Origin: Candidatus Iainarchaeum sp. | GTDB taxonomy: Archaea > Iainarchaeota > Iainarchaeia > Iainarchaeales > 0-14-0-20-30-16 | Direction of reading: 5' to 3' | Length of the DNA stretch: 11,808 bases | NCBI GenBank assembly: GCA_903916665.1 | Contig: CAIWXP010000120.1 | Span: 1-11,808, forward strand | Shown here: piece by piece, positions 10,901-11,808 of the stretch | Layout: every line of letters starts with the position of its first letter | Numbering within the stretch: the stretch's first letter is position 1 | Made by a program: the position numbers and the translations under genes | The notes under the pieces: model-generated | Told to the model about the DNA's origin: nothing | The model's input: only the letters and a program-made list of their open reading frames with translations | Databases searched by the model: none

Positions 10901-11808
10901 AGCCCTAACTCCATTTCCTTCTCCCAATAATGCAATTAGACCCCCTACTGCATAACCAGAATTTCCAAAATCATAAATCTTACCATAGTTATCTGAATGA
11001 TTTACTGTAAAATTATTTGCAGTCAATACATACCCAATTAATCCACCTACATTTGTATACCCCTTAATTGTACCATAATTATTTGACCGATAAATATTTA
11101 CGTCTCCAAATGTACCAATATTAGCAATTAAACCAGCTGCATCAAAACTATCTAAATCAGTTGTATTAACATTTGCATAATTATTTGAATTAATTATATT
11201 TGTTATACCGCTTGCATTAATATTTAAATATCCTATAATACCTGCTGCATCCGAATGACCGGCAGAAATATTTCCTGAAACGTTAACATTGGAAACTGTG
11301 AAACTTACATTATGTTGGTCATAATCTACGCCTATCTGGCCAGCCAATGCACCAACATCTTCATAACCACTAATATTAAAATCTGCCAAAGTTAAATCTT
11401 TAATTACAACATTATTATCAACAAATATAGTACTAAATACTCCTACCGTAGATAAATTTGGATTATTAATATACAATCCACTTATTGTATGATGATTTCC
11501 ATCAAAATTACCTCTAAATGGATGAAAATAATCACCTATTGGTTGCCAACCCAATCCACCATTCCAAAAATCGCCACCTTCATGAGTTTGATCAAAACAA
11601 TTTATATCATTTGCTAAAGCAAAATAGGGTACATAAAAATTATCAAAATTATCTGGCTCAGTATTTGCAGGATCTAAATGAAAAATCATAAAAGACAGGT
11701 CCCAACAATTATATATTGGACAAGGATTATTAGATGTTTGACCTAATTTAAAGGTTCCATCATCGTTATAGTCTAAACAAATTCCATTGGCAAAAACTAA
11801 ATTTAAAA
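4949..11808 (-). CDS. Giant cell-surface protein (5-prime partial): 3x GLUG-motif beta-helix modules + beta-propeller + Ig-like domain + C-terminal TM anchor; putative adhesin
   Basis: The track ORF (4949..11689, 2246 aa) begins at an internal Met. I translated the same frame upstream (11690-11806) and it stays open to the window edge: ...LNLVFANGICLDYNDDGTFKLGQTSNNPCPIYNCWDLSF-MIFHLDP. At least 2,285 codons are therefore visible. There are about 31 GG[LI][VI]G-type GLUG motifs in three blocks, each ending in W.F..[IV]W......[YL]P[IV]L.[YW][QE]. The C-terminus is YWYIMIVLIIILAIIIYS + ANRKRKKHH. Paired Cys residues and very many N-x-S/T sequons fit an extracellular location. Confidence 0.9.
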   Translation of the reverse strand, partial: LNLVFANGICLDYNDDGTFKLGQTSNNPCPIYNCWDLSFMIFHLDPANTEPDNFDNFYVPYFALANDINCFDQTHEGGDFWNGGLGWQPIGDYFHPFRGNFDGNHHTISGLYINNPNLSTVGVFSTIFVDNNVVIKDLTLADFNISGYEDVGALAGQIGVDYDQHNVSFTVSNVNVSGNISAGHSDAAGIIGYLNINASGITNIINSNNYANVNTTDLDSFDAAGLIANIGTFGDVNIYRSNNYGTIKGYTNVGGLIGYVLTANNFTVNHSDNYGKIYDFGNSGYAVGGLIALLGEGNGVRAANILNSSNYADINVVDDANNVGGLIGAIGSASSDNGQTNIYRSLNIGSIYSNSNYVGGLIGQSEQFDTNNNVIINESFSTGNIFGNDYVSGLIGYSGYDLNILNSYNSGNIDGNNYVGGLAGFLLTNNYINNSYNSGDVNAISSNAGGLIGRVDTQLTNANNLFSVGNISGPLDVGFLFGTVNSYGSVNELWGYQSSDDSTLFCDSEDNSHCNIMVPARGGLGWFQGSEVEDPIMIWDLQNIWKTRNNNYPILKYQTASATTDVDINFDAWHNSDIDLHLTCVDNGSGCGNSYYLINNFSPDTLWVSATSAKKLYKINTITHELEATIDIPNVGYSVAVDNYGNAWVTGFDSSEIYGINANTNEIFNTIPLDSRPWGIAIDANNNAWVSSFDGFVYRIDLDTNEVIATINIGGNPYDIAVGPDQNVWVAVSGLDKVFFINATTNTNDYNISVGASPTGIAVDLNNNVWVSNYWSDSISRIDPETQSVIATINLQDHPNDVSIGLDGKVWVANDYGAMDGVSVINPLNNSLDIHPWLGWQKGISFDSQGNAWVVRQYPSSAVDLVDPITFNHDVYVDLGDGAYSFGDGTGFTLKNIVGGGIISELYNSNISFTTEGRNGITYYSKNFFGVDGNQYTKYILIDKTAPDLNINSPNNNSDLYTHNSTLDFQLNYTGTDSLSGIKEYLFSDNNVNWVSNDLNTSINVYTQELGEHTYFIKAVDNAGNETINDINVNVTYAPFSGTGTFDDPFVVTDCNQLQDINNFLDANFSLGNNIDCSDTNTWNFVPAHCDGFPDINNPEDCDAQAANWIQDKYLGFIPLGTEIPFTGNFDGNNNSISNLYINSENNFASLFGVVDSNNSEVTIKDLNIINANIIGEIMVGALVSMSTGNNNLNITNVTATGSFLGVFAVGGLVGLSCFTNIKNSRVDANIFGVMGYVGGLVGISGQEPCDNRSDITIDNSSFFGNIDAHSGSSVGGIIGEMDCNIEDDNPNCSLNTVYVDANIIGQNDVGGLVGSSYAMYYSSDEDQYYTSSINVTNSLFYGDINAQQNVGGLIGYTPYPNIQNTGADANIFVTGSDIGGLVGGLNNEGRTSVHIEKSYFKGNISSDNEIQNVGGFIGLFESQNVEEEDYEFSIIQSFADVNIFVLNGSDVGGLVGTVNSYTNDNSLLFYNDYANVNINAFSDIGGFVGYGAENNDSGLSLTISNSYTTGDINGNASGGFVGEVPYLEINNCYSTVNTLNPDSAIILYDYSDDFTVNNFWWYNNSNMPYWDAEEYPDNVFKAQDYNDFYNPDFNVYASGYWDFSTVWKVRDDNYPILYWEQLINDNDHDGHYDINSCLDLQNINYSQGNNYELINNIDCSDTNTWNFVAAHCSDFDYNNQTDCEDNENSWYANESNGFYTIGMDDQFSGNFYGNNYNILNLYANWPNRSHVGLFGTVNNSIISSVNLIDANIIGFSTVGILAAEINNGLVINSSSSGNVFANNESVGGLIGVLQTSTTINSHSSADVNGNYGVGGLVGASYDGNISNSFATGNVNSSGESIGGLVGSSSGTISKSYANGNVTGYFAVGGLAGQNIGAIRQSYSDNNLVSGSDNVGGLVGSANNSIIRNCYSKSNVFGSNNVGGLVGFMGPAEMSIYNSYSSGNVSGSNNVGGLVGFLSGEDIRNSFTVSNLTNLGDGPDTIGSLVGLKQHNEYSEFDSLVVGSYVSNPGYDCISEDDNSLSTDCTLIQNNLSYFYNSSNAPLTNWNFNTIWETQNGLPVLRWQGLEEYQQPNNNSNSSGSGSNTLVVNNSGVLRGISLNQTIEFTVDKKGHYGIRHKLIIKDINSDFNSVSFDLYSTPMNYTLAIGESIKRDYDGDGNYDLSVKLLSITNGKANFELKVINDPIIALEDVNKIIDNNAVVENNNTNTISNNNNTNVIDNNNSENNNVIVEDNNTVVEPIANNGIEQDTTTNNYWYIMIVLIIILAIIIYSANRKRKKHHALSYS
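4952..5047 (-). other. C-terminal transmembrane anchor plus basic cytoplasmic tail of the giant protein
   Basis: YWYIMIVLIIILAIIIYS (hydrophobic, about 18 aa) is followed by ANRKRKKHHALSYS and the stop. No LPXTG, PGF or PEP motif precedes it. Confidence 0.85.
5048..5254 (-). repeat. Asn-rich low-complexity stalk (NN[NT]x[VI][IV][DE] quasi-repeats)
   Basis: IIDNNAVVENNNTNTISNNNNTNVIDNNNSENNNVIVEDNNTVVEPIANNGIEQDTTTNN lies immediately before the TM anchor and contains several N-x-T/S sequons. Confidence 0.8.
5255..5551 (-). other. C-terminal membrane-proximal beta-sandwich-like domain of unknown family, with a DxDxDG loop
   Basis: LVVNNSGVLRGISLNQTIEFTVDKKGHYGIRHKLIIKDINSDFNSVSFDLYSTPMNYTLAIGESIKRDYDGDGNYDLSVKLLSITNGKANFELKVIND shows an alternating hydrophobic/polar beta pattern. 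It is bracketed by the low-complexity linkers QQPNNNSNSSGSGSN and the Asn-rich stalk. Confidence 0.45.
5609..6940 (-). repeat. GLUG beta-helix module 3 (Cys-rich head, about 9 short regular GLUG repeats, cap NWNFNTIWETQNGLPVLRWQ)
   Basis: The head is DHDGHYDINSCLDLQNINYSQGNNYELINNIDCSDTNTWNFVAAHCSDFDYNNQTDCED...FSGNFYGNNYNILNLYANWPNRSHVGLFGTV. It is followed by a regular period of about 22-29 aa, I.NS[YF]..GNV.G...VGGLVG. Examples: IRNCYSKSNVFGSNNVGGLVGF, IYNSYSSGNVSGSNNVGGLVGF. Confidence 0.8.
5937..6127 (-). repeat. Near-identical intragenic DNA direct repeats inside module 3
   Basis: 5937-5978 (aatcctactaaaccacctacattattggaaccagaaacattt) and 6024-6065 (aatcctactaaaccacctacattattggaaccaaaaacattt) differ at one position over about 42 nt and lie 87 nt (29 codons) apart. 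A third copy of the 22-nt core atcctactaaaccacctacatt is at 6106-6127. They encode (S/D)NNVGGLVG(F/S). Confidence 0.85.
6941..8689 (-). repeat. GLUG beta-helix module 2 (Cys-rich head, about 11 GLUG repeats, cap YWDFSTVWKVRDDNYPILYWEQ)
   Basis: The head is GTFDDPFVVTDCNQLQDINNFLDANFSLGNNIDCSDTNTWNFVPAHCDGFPDINNPEDCD...GFIPLGTEIPFTGNFDGNNNSISNLYINSENNFASLFGVV. GLUG motifs: VGALVSM, VGGLVGL, VGGLVGI, VGGIIGE, VGGLVGS, VGGLIGY, IGGLVGG, VGGFIGL, VGGLVGT, IGGFVGY, SGGFVGE. Confidence 0.8.
8690..8980 (-). other. Ig-like (OmpL47-type / bacterial Ig-like) domain of the giant protein
   Basis: KTAPDLNINSP...TGTDSLSGIKEYLFSDNNVNWVSNDL...ELGEHTYFIKAVDNAGNET follows the pattern TAP ... D.LSG[IV]...Y....W ... 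G.H.....A.D.AGN.E, which is typical of these Ig-like surface domains. Confidence 0.6.
9185..10009 (-). repeat. Beta-propeller region, 6-7 blades of about 41-43 aa (YVTN/NHL/Vgb-lyase-like repeats)
   Basis: The recurring unit is P.GIA[VI]D..[GN]N.WV.......I.RI[DN]..TN.VI.TI.[LI]. Examples: SRPWGIAIDANNNAWVSSFDGFVYRIDLDTNEVIATINIG, GNPYDIAVGPDQNVWVAVSGLDKVFFINATTN, ASPTGIAVDLNNNVWVSNYWSDSISRIDPETQSVIATINLQ, DHPNDVSIGLDGKVWVANDYG, WQKGISFDSQGNAWVV. Confidence 0.75.
10130..11808 (-). repeat. GLUG beta-helix module 1 of the giant protein (head partly outside the window; about 11 GLUG repeats; cap WDLQNIWKTRNNNYPILKYQ)
   Basis: The head is ...FALANDINCFDQ...GWQPIGDYFHPFRGNFDGNHHTISGLYINNPNLSTVGVF. 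It is followed by repeats of about 20-30 aa, each ending in VGALAGQ, AAGIIGY, AAGLIAN, VGGLIGY, VGGLIAL, VGGLIGA, VGGLIGQ, VSGLIGY, VGGLAGF, AGGLIGR or VGFLFGT. The cap motif is encoded at 10133-10192. Confidence 0.8.

Noticed and set aside
295-11808. Possible alternative genetic code (for example UGA recoding, as in some AT-rich candidate phyla)
   Set aside because: TGA (SdpI-like gene), TAG (serpin) and TAA (the other genes) each terminate an ORF at a position consistent with full-length family members. No in-frame stops interrupt conserved domains. The standard code fits.
4949-11808. The giant GLUG protein as an IgA1-protease-like zinc metallopeptidase or a polymorphic toxin
   Set aside because: I checked every His in the 2,246 residues of the track ORF and found no HExxH motif; the nearest is HELEA. 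The C-terminus is a TM anchor rather than a toxin domain. A catalytic domain in the missing N-terminus cannot be excluded.
1-11808. Mobile element or genomic-island boundaries (transposase, integrase, terminal inverted repeats, tRNA attachment site)
   Set aside because: No ORF resembles a transposase or integrase. No tRNA-like GC-rich segment exists in any spacer. I saw no long inverted or direct repeats outside the giant gene's internal coding repeats.

Overview
Very AT-rich, tightly packed prokaryotic window with no rRNA, tRNA, CRISPR array or mobile element that I can support. All eight supportable genes are on the minus strand, with 1-4 nt overlaps or 9-19 nt spacers inside units. TAA, TAG and TGA all act as stops, so the genetic code is standard. 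Right to left, the genes are as follows. (1) A giant cell-surface protein, 4949..11808, with 2,285 codons visible and its 5-prime end still outside the window. It has three paralogous GLUG-motif beta-helix modules, a 6-7 bladed beta-propeller, an OmpL47-like Ig domain, a small C-terminal beta-sandwich, an Asn-rich stalk and a C-terminal TM anchor with a basic tail. (2) A tightly coupled 133-aa cytoplasmic orphan. (3) A TspO/MBR tryptophan-rich membrane protein. (4) A membrane-tethered serpin with a canonical inhibitory hinge. (5-6) An ABC ATPase plus ABC-2 permease. (7) A DUF1648/SdpI-family membrane protein. (8) A partial GNAT-like acetyltransferase that is missing from the ORF track. TATA-like boxes at archaeal spacing, GGTGA-type ribosome-binding sites, extreme Asn richness and high N-x-S/T sequon density suggest a small-genome uncultivated archaeon of DPANN type. 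This is inference; an AT-rich CPR bacterium is not excluded. The most interesting hypothesis is an envelope or cell-contact island: a giant adhesin-like protein with an orphan partner, next to a tethered protease inhibitor and an exporter/immunity-like module. No part of that functional link is proven by the sequence alone.
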